Source of the DNA: an uncultured delta proteobacterium
Lineage (GTDB): Bacteria; Myxococcota_A; Polyangia; Fen-1088
Assembly (NCBI GenBank): GCA_963755125.1
Contig: CAVWIP010000016.1
Location: 96,001 to 160,000, forward strand
Reading direction: 5' to 3'
DNA: 64,000 nt
The translations under genes and the position numbers were made by a program. Of the stretch, positions 49,444-58,417 are shown in pieces. Position 1 is the stretch's first letter. Every line of letters begins with the position of its first letter. The notes beneath the pieces were generated by a model. It saw nothing but the letters and a program-made list of their open reading frames with translations. It was not told the origin of the DNA and did no database searches.

Positions 49444-50595
49444 ATGTCGGTTTCTCCCAAGGTGATCCTGCGCAAGAACCTGGGACGTGCCCTGCGCCAG
49501 GGTCATCCCTGGGTCTTCCGCGACGCACTGGCCGAGTCACCATCCATGGCAAGTGGAACCGTCGTTGCGGTGGCCGGGCATGACGGCAGGATTTTGGCCC
49601 ACGGCTACTGGGATGCAGCCGGGCCCATCGCGGTGCGTGTGCTCGACCTGCAGCCCATGCGCGACGCACGCGCGCTGGTCCGCGATCGCCTACACCAGGC
49701 CCTGACCAAGCGGCTGGCGCGCCTGGAGCGCAACACGACCAACGCCTTTCGCTGGGCCCACGGTGAGGGCGACGGCCTGCCGGGAATTCACGTCGACCTG
49801 TACGACCAGGCGGCGGTGGTGCGTTTCGACGGCGCAGGCGCCCGCCCGTTCTACCGCGATCTCGATCGCCTGCTGGCCGAGTGCTCGGCCCCACTGCGCC
49901 TGTCACGGGTCGTGGATCGCGAACAGCGCAGCGGCGAGCTGGGCGAGATCGAGGTACGCGAGAACGGCATTCGCTTCATCGTGGATTTGGGCCGCGCCCA
50001 GAAGGGCGGGCTGTTTCTCGACCAGCGCGAGAACCGGCAGGCGATGGCGGGTCACGCGGCTGGCAAGTCGGTGCTGAATCTCTACGGCTACACGGGCGGG
50101 TTTTCCCTCTACGCCGCGGCAGCAGGCGCTGCCCATACTGACACCGTGGACATTGCCAAGCCGGCGCTGGCGACGGCACGCCGCAATTTCCAGCTCAACC
50201 GTCTGTCGCTGGAGCATGCCGATTTTCACGCCATGGATGCGCTGGAGTTTCTCGCACAGGCGGCCCAACGCCAACAACAGTGGGACATCGTGATTTCAGA
50301 CCCGCCCAGCTTCGCGCCGTCGCGACGCGCGCTGCCGGCCGCTCGGCGCGCCTACGCTCACCTGCATCGCATGGCCGCCACCGTGGTCGCGCCCGGCGGG
50401 CTGCTGTGCGCGGCTTCCTGTTCCAGCCATTTTCCGCGCGACGAGTTTCTCGCCAGTGTGGAGCGAGGCGCGGCGGCCGCAGGCCGCAGATTTCGGCTGG
50501 AATCCGTGATCGGCGCCGGATTCGACCACCCTGCCCTGCCCGCCTTTCCCGAGGGCGACTACCTGAAATTCGCCATCGGGCGGGTAGTCTGCTGA
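49444..50595 (+). CDS. rlmI: RlmI/RlmK-family SAM-dependent rRNA methyltransferase
   Basis: GHPWVF PUA domain, GEGDGLPG, QKGGLFLDQRENR, VLNLYGYTGGFS and DPPSF. Confidence 0.85.
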   Translation: MSVSPKVILRKNLGRALRQGHPWVFRDALAESPSMASGTVVAVAGHDGRILAHGYWDAAGPIAVRVLDLQPMRDARALVRDRLHQALTKRLARLERNTTNAFRWAHGEGDGLPGIHVDLYDQAAVVRFDGAGARPFYRDLDRLLAECSAPLRLSRVVDREQRSGELGEIEVRENGIRFIVDLGRAQKGGLFLDQRENRQAMAGHAAGKSVLNLYGYTGGFSLYAAAAGAAHTDTVDIAKPALATARRNFQLNRLSLEHADFHAMDALEFLAQAAQRQQQWDIVISDPPSFAPSRRALPAARRAYAHLHRMAATVVAPGGLLCAASCSSHFPRDEFLASVERGAAAAGRRFRLESVIGAGFDHPALPAFPEGDYLKFAIGRVVC

Positions 50596-50756
50596 CATGG
50601 GAACCCTCAAAGGGTTCCCAAACCCTCCCGCCATGGCGCGCGGCGAGCAACGCTCGCCGCCTCCCCACGCGACCAACATGGGAACCCTCAAAGGGTTCCC
50701 AAACCCTCCCGCCATGGTGCGCGGCGAGCAACGCTCGCCGCCTCCCCACGCGGCCA
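50595..50756. repeat. Two tandem 81-bp REP-like units, each with two hairpins
   Basis: Units start at 50595 and 50676 and differ at 2 positions. Stems tgggaaccct-caa-agggttccca and gcggcgagc-aac-gctcgccgc. Confidence 0.95.
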
Positions 50757-50820
50757 ACCGGCTCTATCCCTGTTGCAGTCGCGCGCGCGGACGCCTAGTC
50801 TTTTGCGCCCAGGAGTTCCC

Positions 50821-51249
50821 ATGGCTACAGAACGCACCTTCGCCATCATCAAACCAGACGCCGTCGCGAAAAACGCCATCGGCGGCATCATCACCGCCAT
50901 CGAAGCCGCTGGACTGCGAGTCATCGGCCTGCGCCTTTTGCGCATGAGCCAGGTGCAAGCTGAGGGCTTCTATGGAGTACACCGGGAACGCCCGTTCTTT
51001 CGCAGCCTGGTCACCTTCATGACCTCGGGTCCTTGCGTGGTCATGGCCCTGGAGGGCGACAACGCCATCTTGCGCTGGCGCGAGTTGATGGGCCCGACCG
51101 ATTCCAGCAAGGCGCCGCCCGGCACCATACGCGCAAGCTTCGGAACCAACATCGAGCGCAACGCCGTACACGGCAGCGACGGCCCGGACACCGCTCGCTT
51201 CGAGCTCGGTTGGTTTTTCGCTGGCTCCGAATTGGGTCTGCCCCAGTAG
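50821..51249 (+). CDS. ndk: Nucleoside diphosphate kinase
   Basis: [19 protein letters not shown] and catalytic NAVHGSD. AGGAG RBS. Confidence 0.97.
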   Translation: MATERTFAIIKPDAVAKNAIGGIITAIEAAGLRVIGLRLLRMSQVQAEGFYGVHRERPFFRSLVTFMTSGPCVVMALEGDNAILRWRELMGPTDSSKAPPGTIRASFGTNIERNAVHGSDGPDTARFELGWFFAGSELGLPQ

Positions 51250-51345
51250 CCAAGATCGAGCCCGCGAACTGCGCCGCGCAACGCGCGACATCCATCTCCT
51301 CATTCGGGCCGGCGTTGCGCCGATCCGCGGCTATACTCCCCGCCG

Positions 51346-52446
51346 TTGGACCTTCGATCGCTCACCATCGAGGAGTTGCGGGAGCGCGTGGCGCGCAAGG
51401 GTGAACCCCCATTTCGTGCCGAGCAGGTCTTCCGCTGGCTGCACGGCCCTGGGCCGGGCGGCGTGGGCAGCGTGCGCGCGCTCGATGCCGTGAGCAACAT
51501 TCCCCGCTCCCTGCGCGACCCCCTGCTGGCCGAGGCGCCCTTGCAACCCATCCGCCTGGACGGACTGGTGGCCGCGGCCGATGGCACGCGCAAGTTCCGC
51601 TTCCGCACCCACGACGGTTGCGCCATCGAGTCGGTGCTGATCCCCGACGACAAACCCGAGCGGGCCAAGCTGACCCTGTGCCTTTCGTGCCAGGCCGGCT
51701 GCGCCTGGGGCTGCGCCTTTTGCGCCACCGCCACCCTGGGTTTCGGCCGGCACCTGTCTGCCGGCGAGATGGTCGAACAACTTTACTGGGGCATGGAATT
51801 GGCGGGGTACAAGCCGAGCAACGTGGTCTTCATGGGTATGGGCGAGCCGCTGCACAACCTGGATGCGGTGGTGCGCGCACTCAAGATTTTCGAGCATCCC
51901 TGGGGCGCTGGCCTGTCGCCCCGACGCCTCACGGTTTCCACCGCAGGCGTGGTGACTGGCATCGATGCCTTGGCCAAACTGCGGCCGGCGCCCAATCTGG
52001 CCATCTCGCTCAACGCCACCACCGACGAAGTGCGCGACCGGCTCATGCCCATCAACCGGCACTGGAACATCGCCTCGCTGCTGGCCGCTGCACGCCGTTT
52101 TCCCCTGGCCCACCACCGCCGCATTACTTTCGAATACGTTTTGCTTGCTGGCGTCAACGACAGCGACATGGATGCGGCTCGCCTGCCGCGCCTGTTGCGT
52201 GGTATTCCCAGCAAGGTGAACATCATCCCGTACAATCCCGTGCCGGGCCTGCCCTTCGAGAGCCCCAGCGCGGCGCGGGCACTGGCCTTTCAGAACGCGG
52301 TCCGGTTGGCGGACATCCCGGTTTACATCCGCACCTCGCGCGGCTCCGACGCCGCAGCGGCGTGCGGACAACTGGCCGCGCGCGCCGGTGAACGTCTGGA
52401 AAAGTGTGAACTGGCCCCCGTGGCCAAGACGGGACGCGCCTCATGA
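51346..52446 (+). CDS. rlmN: 23S rRNA m2A2503 radical-SAM methyltransferase
   Basis: DGTRKF, CAWGCAFC, MGMGEP, ITFEYVLL and AACGQL. Confidence 0.93.
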   Translation: MDLRSLTIEELRERVARKGEPPFRAEQVFRWLHGPGPGGVGSVRALDAVSNIPRSLRDPLLAEAPLQPIRLDGLVAAADGTRKFRFRTHDGCAIESVLIPDDKPERAKLTLCLSCQAGCAWGCAFCATATLGFGRHLSAGEMVEQLYWGMELAGYKPSNVVFMGMGEPLHNLDAVVRALKIFEHPWGAGLSPRRLTVSTAGVVTGIDALAKLRPAPNLAISLNATTDEVRDRLMPINRHWNIASLLAAARRFPLAHHRRITFEYVLLAGVNDSDMDAARLPRLLRGIPSKVNIIPYNPVPGLPFESPSAARALAFQNAVRLADIPVYIRTSRGSDAAAACGQLAARAGERLEKCELAPVAKTGRAS

Positions 52447-53459
52447 GCGGGGCCGCGCTGCACTGGCGCGCGAGCCCAGCCCCGGACGCGCCCCGACTTT
52501 CCGCCGCCGATGTGCTGGCCCTGGTCAGCGATCCCATGCAGGTGGTGGAGACGCGCCTCTTGGCCCATATGGACAGCCCCATGGGGCGCATTCCCGAGGT
52601 GGGAGGCCACCTGCTCGGCGCGGGCGGCAAGCGGCTGCGGCCGCTCTTGGCGGTGCTCGCCTGCCGGGCGACCGACGCGCCCTTGCACGTGGGCATCGCA
52701 GTCGCCTGTGCCGCCGAACTCATTCACACCGCCACCCTTTTCCACGACGACGTGGTGGACGGCGGGGCGGTCCGGCGCGGGCGGCCGGCTGCGCGCAAGC
52801 TATGGGGCAACGGCATCGCCGTGCTGGTGGGAGATTTCTGTTTCGCGCGCGGGCTCGATGCGGTCGCGGCCACTGGAACACTGGGCGCGGTCGAGGCGCT
52901 GGCTGCGGCCGTGACCGAAATGGCCGAGGGCGAAGTCGCGCAACTGGAGGGCGCGGGCGATCCCGATGCGACCGCCGAAAGCTACTTCGAAGTTGTCGAC
53001 CGCAAGACGGGAGCGCTGATGGCGTGGTGCGCGCGGGTAGGCGGAGTGCTGCCCGCCCCGCTCGACGCGGCCCTGGCCCGCTACGGCCGTTTGCTGGGTC
53101 GCGCGTTCCAGATCACCGACGACGTTCTGGACTGCGCGGGCGACGACGCCGCGAGCGGCAAGTCCGCGGGGCGCGACCTGCAAGAGGGCAAGCTGACCCT
53201 GCCGGTCTTGTTGGCCTGCGAGGCCAGCCCGGCCTTGCGCGACGACATCCGGTCTGCCATGGGTGAATCTGGGGTGTCGATGCAAGACGCCGCCCGCATC
53301 ATGCAGGCGACGCGCGCCGTGGGCGGCCTCGACCGCGCCCACACCGAGGCCATGACCATTGCCCGTGCCGCCGTTGCCGAACTGCAAGCCGTGCCCTCCT
53401 CGCCCTACCGGGATGCGCTGGCCGCGCTGGCGCACCTGTCGGTCGACCGGGTGGCGTGA
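52443..53459 (+). CDS. Polyprenyl diphosphate synthase (IspB/HepT-like)
   Basis: GGKRLRP, HDDVVD..RRG and FQITDDVLD. Confidence 0.92.
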   Translation: MSGAALHWRASPAPDAPRLSAADVLALVSDPMQVVETRLLAHMDSPMGRIPEVGGHLLGAGGKRLRPLLAVLACRATDAPLHVGIAVACAAELIHTATLFHDDVVDGGAVRRGRPAARKLWGNGIAVLVGDFCFARGLDAVAATGTLGAVEALAAAVTEMAEGEVAQLEGAGDPDATAESYFEVVDRKTGALMAWCARVGGVLPAPLDAALARYGRLLGRAFQITDDVLDCAGDDAASGKSAGRDLQEGKLTLPVLLACEASPALRDDIRSAMGESGVSMQDAARIMQATRAVGGLDRAHTEAMTIARAAVAELQAVPSSPYRDALAALAHLSVDRVA

Positions 53460-53460
53460 C

Positions 53461-54150
53461 ATGGCCCAGGCCGCGACCGACGTGCGCGAAATGTTCGACC
53501 GCATCGCCGGCCGGTACGATGCCACGAATCGGGTCATGTCCGCCGGTCTCGACGTGCTCTGGCGGCGCCGGGCCATGCGCCTCCTGCTCGGCGGACTTGA
53601 GCAGTCTCCCTGGGTGCTGGATCTGGGCGCGGGCACACTCGACGGCGCGGTCGAGATCCTGCGGCAACGGCCGGATGCGCAGGTGGTGGCCGCGGACTTC
53701 ACACGCGCGATGCTGCTCGCGGGTCGGCGCAAGCGTGGCGCCGCGAAAGTTGTCCTGCACACCGCCGACGGTCACCGGCTGCCTTACCGGGATGGCTCGT
53801 TCGCCGCATCCTTTTCTGGCTTCTGCGTGCGCAACCTGCGCGACCTTGCATCGGGCCTGGCCGAGTTGCGCCGGGTCGTACGACCCGGCGGCCGATTGGT
53901 CGTCCTGGAATTCTTTCACTCGGCGCGGCCACGCCCATTCTGGGACGGGATTTTCACGGGCCGTTTGCTGCCCTTGCTGGGCTGGGCCATCAGCGGTGAT
54001 CGCGCGGCCTACCGTTACCTGCCGGAATCGATCCAGCGCTTCGATATGCGGGCTGATTTTGAAGCCCGGCTGCGGACCGCTGGGTTCACCGATGTTCGCA
54101 GTCATGACCTTTTCCCGGGCGGGATCGCCTCGCTGGTGGAGGCGCAATGA
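53461..54150 (+). CDS. menG: Demethylmenaquinone methyltransferase (UbiE/MenG)
   Basis: MFDRIAGRYDATNRVMSAG, LDLGAGT and AYRYLPESI. Confidence 0.9.
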   Translation: MAQAATDVREMFDRIAGRYDATNRVMSAGLDVLWRRRAMRLLLGGLEQSPWVLDLGAGTLDGAVEILRQRPDAQVVAADFTRAMLLAGRRKRGAAKVVLHTADGHRLPYRDGSFAASFSGFCVRNLRDLASGLAELRRVVRPGGRLVVLEFFHSARPRPFWDGIFTGRLLPLLGWAISGDRAAYRYLPESIQRFDMRADFEARLRTAGFTDVRSHDLFPGGIASLVEAQ

Positions 54151-54707
54151 AGCTGCTGGTCGCGGTCGGGGGCGCTTCCGGATCGCTGTATGCGCGCCGG
54201 CTGCTCGACACTTTGGCTGCGGCCCCCGGCGTCGAGGTGGCCACGTGTTTTTCTCCGTGCGGTCTGCAGGTCTGGCGTCACGAGCTCGGTGGCGAACCCA
54301 ACTTTCCCTTCCACCGCTATGCCGTGGACGATTTTGCTTCACCCTTCGCCTCGGGCTCGGCGCTGTGGGACGCCGTGGTCGTCATCCCATGCTCGATGGG
54401 ACGGCTGGCACGCATCGCTCATGGTATGGGCGACGATCTCATCAGCCGGGCCGCGGACGTGGCCTTGAAGGAACGCCGCAAGCTGGTGCTGGTGGTGCGC
54501 GAGACCCCGCTGTCGCAGATTCACCTGGAAAACATGCTGGCGGTGACGCGCGCCGGGGCGGTGGTCTTGCCCGCAGCGCCGTCTTTCTACTTTCGGCCGG
54601 CCACGATCGAGGCGCTGGCCGACACGGTGGTGGCGCGCGTGCTTGACCAATTGAGCGTCGTGCACTCGCTTGCGCCCCGCTGGGCCGAGGAGGAAGTGCG
54701 GCGATGA
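54147..54707 (+). CDS. ubiX: Flavin prenyltransferase
   Basis: GASG, ASGS, PCSMG, RAADVALKERRKLVLVVRETP. Confidence 0.95.
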   Translation: MKLLVAVGGASGSLYARRLLDTLAAAPGVEVATCFSPCGLQVWRHELGGEPNFPFHRYAVDDFASPFASGSALWDAVVVIPCSMGRLARIAHGMGDDLISRAADVALKERRKLVLVVRETPLSQIHLENMLAVTRAGAVVLPAAPSFYFRPATIEALADTVVARVLDQLSVVHSLAPRWAEEEVRR

Positions 54708-55300
54708 GCAGCGGTGTCGCCACGGCGGCGAGTCCATCCCTCGATCTCTTCGTCCTCGGTCGCGCGGCCCAGGCTGCGGCGCAGACCGCGACGGGCGGCC
54801 GCGGCTTCTTCTCTTGCAACACCTTCATCGCGACGTCGCTTCCCATGCTGACCGAAGCCACGGGCCGCGGGTTGCGTGGCCTGCTCCGGCTTGCCGTCCC
54901 CGCCGAGGAATCGGCGCCGCAACAAGAGCGACGCCTGGCCGCGCTCGCCGAGCAGGTGCGCGACGGTCTGGTCCTCGACGGCGTCGTGCCCACGCCCGAG
55001 GACGATTGCCTGGGCCTTGCCACCTTGCTGTTTGTCGCTCGCTGCCGGCTGGCGCTGGTCGGGGTGCCGCACGTGCTCGTCGATCTGGATCGTCTCGGCC
55101 CCAAGTTGGGCCAACTTGCTCTGGGCTTTGGCGCCGATGAGATCTGCGGGCCCATCGTGGAAGAGCGCCCCCTACGCCTGGGCGAGAATGCGGGCAACCG
55201 CGCTATCACGCGCGCCGAGGCGGCCCAGCTTCTGCGCGGGGCCGGGCTGCGCGCCTTCGAACGCATGGCAGGAGGCTCGCTGCGGGAGTTCGCGCCGTGA
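54704..55300 (+). CDS. Degenerate CofH/MqnE-like protein lacking the radical-SAM motif
   Basis: N-terminal LFVLGRAA and C-terminal VARCRLAL..VPHV..LGPKLGQLALGFGADEICG..EE..AGLRAFER parallel the adjacent MqnE. No CxxxCxxC. Confidence 0.65.
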   Translation: MSSGVATAASPSLDLFVLGRAAQAAAQTATGGRGFFSCNTFIATSLPMLTEATGRGLRGLLRLAVPAEESAPQQERRLAALAEQVRDGLVLDGVVPTPEDDCLGLATLLFVARCRLALVGVPHVLVDLDRLGPKLGQLALGFGADEICGPIVEERPLRLGENAGNRAITRAEAAQLLRGAGLRAFERMAGGSLREFAP

Positions 55301-56421
55301 CCCTCGCCTCAATTGCCGAGAAGGTGAACGCCGGGATCCCGCTGTCCTTCGACGACGGCGTCGCACTTTTCCGCGAGCCCGGTCTGCTGAAGCTGGCTGG
55401 GCTGGCCAACCAAGTGCGCGAGCAGCGGCACGGCGATCGCACCACCTTCAACCGCAACCTGCACATCAACCCGACCAACCTGTGCGTGGCGGGTTGCAAG
55501 CTGTGCTCGTTCTCGCGCCGCAGCCCTGAGCAGCCGGGGGCCTTCACGCTGAGCCTCTCGCAGGCATGGGGCAAGCTGAAAGCGAGAATCGACGCTGGCG
55601 ATCCCGTGACTGAAGTCCATGTGGTAGGCGGACTCAATGACAGTCTTCCCTTCGACTACTACCTCGAACTTGTGGCCGGCCTGAAGCGACTGCAACCGGC
55701 GCTTCACATCAAGGGCTTCAGTGCAGTCGAGATCTTCCACTTTCACAAGCTCTTCCAATTGGAGGTGCGCGAGGTGTTGCAGCGTCTGCGCGCGGCCGGG
55801 CTCGACTCGCTGCCCGGGGGCGGCGCCGAGATCTTCGCGCCCCATGTGCGCCAGCGCATTTGCCCCAACAAGTGCAACGCCGAAGAGTGGTTGCAGGTTC
55901 ACCGCACGGCCCACCAAATGGGTGTGCGCTCCAATTGCACCATGCTTTACGGGACCGTCGAGACAGTCGAAGAACGGGTCGATCACATGCTGCGCCTGCG
56001 AGCGCTGCAGGACGAGACCGGCGGCTTCCAGGCCTTCATTCCCCTGGCCTTTCATCCCGACAACAACGCGCTTTCTCATCTTCCCGCACCCACCGCGGTC
56101 GACGATCTGCGTGTGTGCGCGGTGGCGCGGCTTCTGCTGCACAACATTCCCCACATCAAGGCCTATTGGATCTCGCTGGGAATCAAGACCGCGCAGAGCG
56201 CGCTGTGGTTCGGTGCCGATGATCTGGACGGCACCGTGCAAGAAGAGAAAATCTATCACTTGGCGGGCTCCGATGCGCCACGGGCCCTGGCGCCTGCCGA
56301 AATCGTCCATCTCATCCACGCCGCTGGCCGCACGCCCGTGGAGCGCGACACGCTTTACAACGTGATCGCACAAGGCGAGGCGCTGCCCGTCTGCGCGTCG
56401 CCCGCGGGAGAACTGAGATGA
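55297..56421 (+). CDS. mqnE: Aminodeoxyfutalosine synthase (radical SAM)
   Basis: NLHINPTNLCVAGCKLCSF, EVHVVGG, LPGGGAEIF, FIPLAFHPDN, HIKAYW and ERDTLY. Confidence 0.92.
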   Translation: MTLASIAEKVNAGIPLSFDDGVALFREPGLLKLAGLANQVREQRHGDRTTFNRNLHINPTNLCVAGCKLCSFSRRSPEQPGAFTLSLSQAWGKLKARIDAGDPVTEVHVVGGLNDSLPFDYYLELVAGLKRLQPALHIKGFSAVEIFHFHKLFQLEVREVLQRLRAAGLDSLPGGGAEIFAPHVRQRICPNKCNAEEWLQVHRTAHQMGVRSNCTMLYGTVETVEERVDHMLRLRALQDETGGFQAFIPLAFHPDNNALSHLPAPTAVDDLRVCAVARLLLHNIPHIKAYWISLGIKTAQSALWFGADDLDGTVQEEKIYHLAGSDAPRALAPAEIVHLIHAAGRTPVERDTLYNVIAQGEALPVCASPAGELR

Positions 56422-58331
56422 GCCGGCGCCTGTGCCTGGCCGCGGTTTCCTTTCTGAACGCGCGGCCCGTCACCCACGGCATCGAGCAGGGTTTGCTGGG
56501 CGCCGATCGCTTCGACCTGCGTTTCGCCGAACCCTCGCGCTGTGCCGCCGCGGTAGCCGCAGGCGAAGCAGACCTGGGGCTCATGCCCATCGCCAGCTAC
56601 GCCAGCTCGGCCGAAGAACTTCGCGTGGTGCCCGGTATTGCCATTGCCAGCCGCGGCCCGGTGCGCACCGTCGTGCTGGTGGGCCAGGTGCGGTGGGAAG
56701 AGATGACCGCCATCGCCCTCGACGGAGCCTCGCGCACCTCGCAGATGTTGCTGCGCCTGCTGAGCAAAGAGCGCGGCCTTCATCCCGACTTCGCCGAAGT
56801 GGTGCACGAGCAGATCGCAGATGCGGTGAGCGGCACGCGCGGCGCCCTCATCATCGGCGATCTCGGCCTGCACATCGAAGGCCGCTTTCGCCACGTCTAC
56901 GACCTGGGTGAGCAATGGCACAACTTGGTGGGACTTCCTTTCGTCTACGCGGTCTGGGCTGGCCGGCCAGGCGTGGTCTCCATTGAAGACGTGGCGCTGT
57001 TGCAGGAAAGCCTGCAGCTGGGCCTGCAGCGCCGGGCGGAGATCGGACGGGCCTGGGCACTGGACAACGGCGTCGATCCGTCTGTGGGCGAGAACTACCT
57101 GCTGGAGAACATCCGCCACCGCCTTGGTTCAGACGAGATCTCCGGCGCCACGGCCTTTCTGGCACGAAGCTACCAGGCTGGGCTTCTGGCCAAGCCCGTG
57201 CGCGTGTGCCTGTTCGATGCTCCGGCGGTGCCGCCTTCGCAGCCGCGATCGGGGCTGTCCCTGGATCGCCTGCTGACCGACGCTGCTGCGGGCGAGCGCA
57301 TGAGCCTCGACGAGGGAATACGTCTGTACTCGGAGGCGCCCTTGTTCGATCTAGGCCAGGCGGCCAACCTTCGTCGGCAGGCATTGCATCCCGACAATGT
57401 GGTGACCTACATCGTGGACCGCAACATCAACTACACCAACGCCTGCACCACCTGCTGTTCGTTCTGCAACTTCCACCGCGCCCCGGGCCACGCCCAGACC
57501 TATACACTTTCGCGCGAAGAGCTGGCGCAGAAACTTCGTGAGACGGTTGAACTGGACGGCGTGCAGGTGTTGCTCCAGGGCGGCATCAATCCGGATCTCT
57601 CGCTCGCGTATTACGAAGACCTCTTTCGCTTCATGAAGGCGAACTTCCCCCTAGCCATTCACGGCCTTTCGCCCGAGGAGATTCGCTATCTGTCTCAGCG
57701 CGAGGGCTTGTCGGTGCGGGCCGTGCTCGAACGCCTGATCGCCGCGGGCCTGGATTCCGTACCCGGCGGCGCGGCCGAGATCCTCGACGACGAAATTCGC
57801 CGGCGTATTTCGCCGAAGAAGTGTTCTGCCGACACCTGGATCGATGTCATGCGCGAGGCGCACGGACTCGGCCTGCGCACCACCGCCACCATGGTCTTTG
57901 GCTTCGGCGAGTCGCCGCGCCAACTGCTGGGGCACCTCGACCGTCTGCGCTGCCTGCAGGATCAAACCGCGGGTTTCACCGCCTTCATCTGCTGGAGCTT
58001 CCAGGCCGAGGGCACGCGCCTGCCGCTCACCGACGACACCGGCAGCCTCCGCTATCTGCGCGTGCTGGCCCTGGCGCGGCTCATCCTCGACAACTTTCCC
58101 AACCTGCAAGTTTCCTGGGTCACCATGGGGCCGGCCGTGGGACAGGTTGCCTTGCGCTTCGGCGGCAACGATTTTGGTTCGGCCATGATCGAGGAGAACG
58201 TGGTTGCGACCGCTGGCACGGTTTTCAAAATTTCCGCGGGCGACATTGAACGCTGCATACGCGGTGCGGGCTTCGTTCCCCGCCGTCGCAACATGCGCTA
58301 CGAGTTGCTGCCGCCAGCGCCGTCGGAGTAG
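56418..58331 (+). CDS. mqnA-mqnC: Fused chorismate dehydratase (MqnA) - cyclic dehypoxanthine futalosine synthase (MqnC)
   Basis: N-half SFLNARP, LIIGD, YDLGEQW..GLPFVYAVW. C-half VTYIVDRNINYTNACTTCCSFC, LLQGG, QVSWVT, DFGSAMIEENVV. Single uninterrupted ORF. Confidence 0.92.
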   Translation: MSRRLCLAAVSFLNARPVTHGIEQGLLGADRFDLRFAEPSRCAAAVAAGEADLGLMPIASYASSAEELRVVPGIAIASRGPVRTVVLVGQVRWEEMTAIALDGASRTSQMLLRLLSKERGLHPDFAEVVHEQIADAVSGTRGALIIGDLGLHIEGRFRHVYDLGEQWHNLVGLPFVYAVWAGRPGVVSIEDVALLQESLQLGLQRRAEIGRAWALDNGVDPSVGENYLLENIRHRLGSDEISGATAFLARSYQAGLLAKPVRVCLFDAPAVPPSQPRSGLSLDRLLTDAAAGERMSLDEGIRLYSEAPLFDLGQAANLRRQALHPDNVVTYIVDRNINYTNACTTCCSFCNFHRAPGHAQTYTLSREELAQKLRETVELDGVQVLLQGGINPDLSLAYYEDLFRFMKANFPLAIHGLSPEEIRYLSQREGLSVRAVLERLIAAGLDSVPGGAAEILDDEIRRRISPKKCSADTWIDVMREAHGLGLRTTATMVFGFGESPRQLLGHLDRLRCLQDQTAGFTAFICWSFQAEGTRLPLTDDTGSLRYLRVLALARLILDNFPNLQVSWVTMGPAVGQVALRFGGNDFGSAMIEENVVATAGTVFKISAGDIERCIRGAGFVPRRRNMRYELLPPAPSE

Positions 58332-58417
58332 CGGGAACGGCAGCGCGGCGAACCCGGACGCGCCATCCAGCCAGTCCCCGGTGGTCGCGCGTCGTCTGGT
58401 CTGGTACCGTCGGCGAC

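Noticed and set aside
50595..50756. CRISPR array
   Set aside because: The sequence between the palindromes is also repeated (no unique spacers), there are only two units, and no cas genes are present.
50195..50947. ORFs with duplicated peptides spanning the 81-bp repeat
   Set aside because: By-products of a stop-poor repeat with length divisible by 3; they overlap rlmI-like and ndk.
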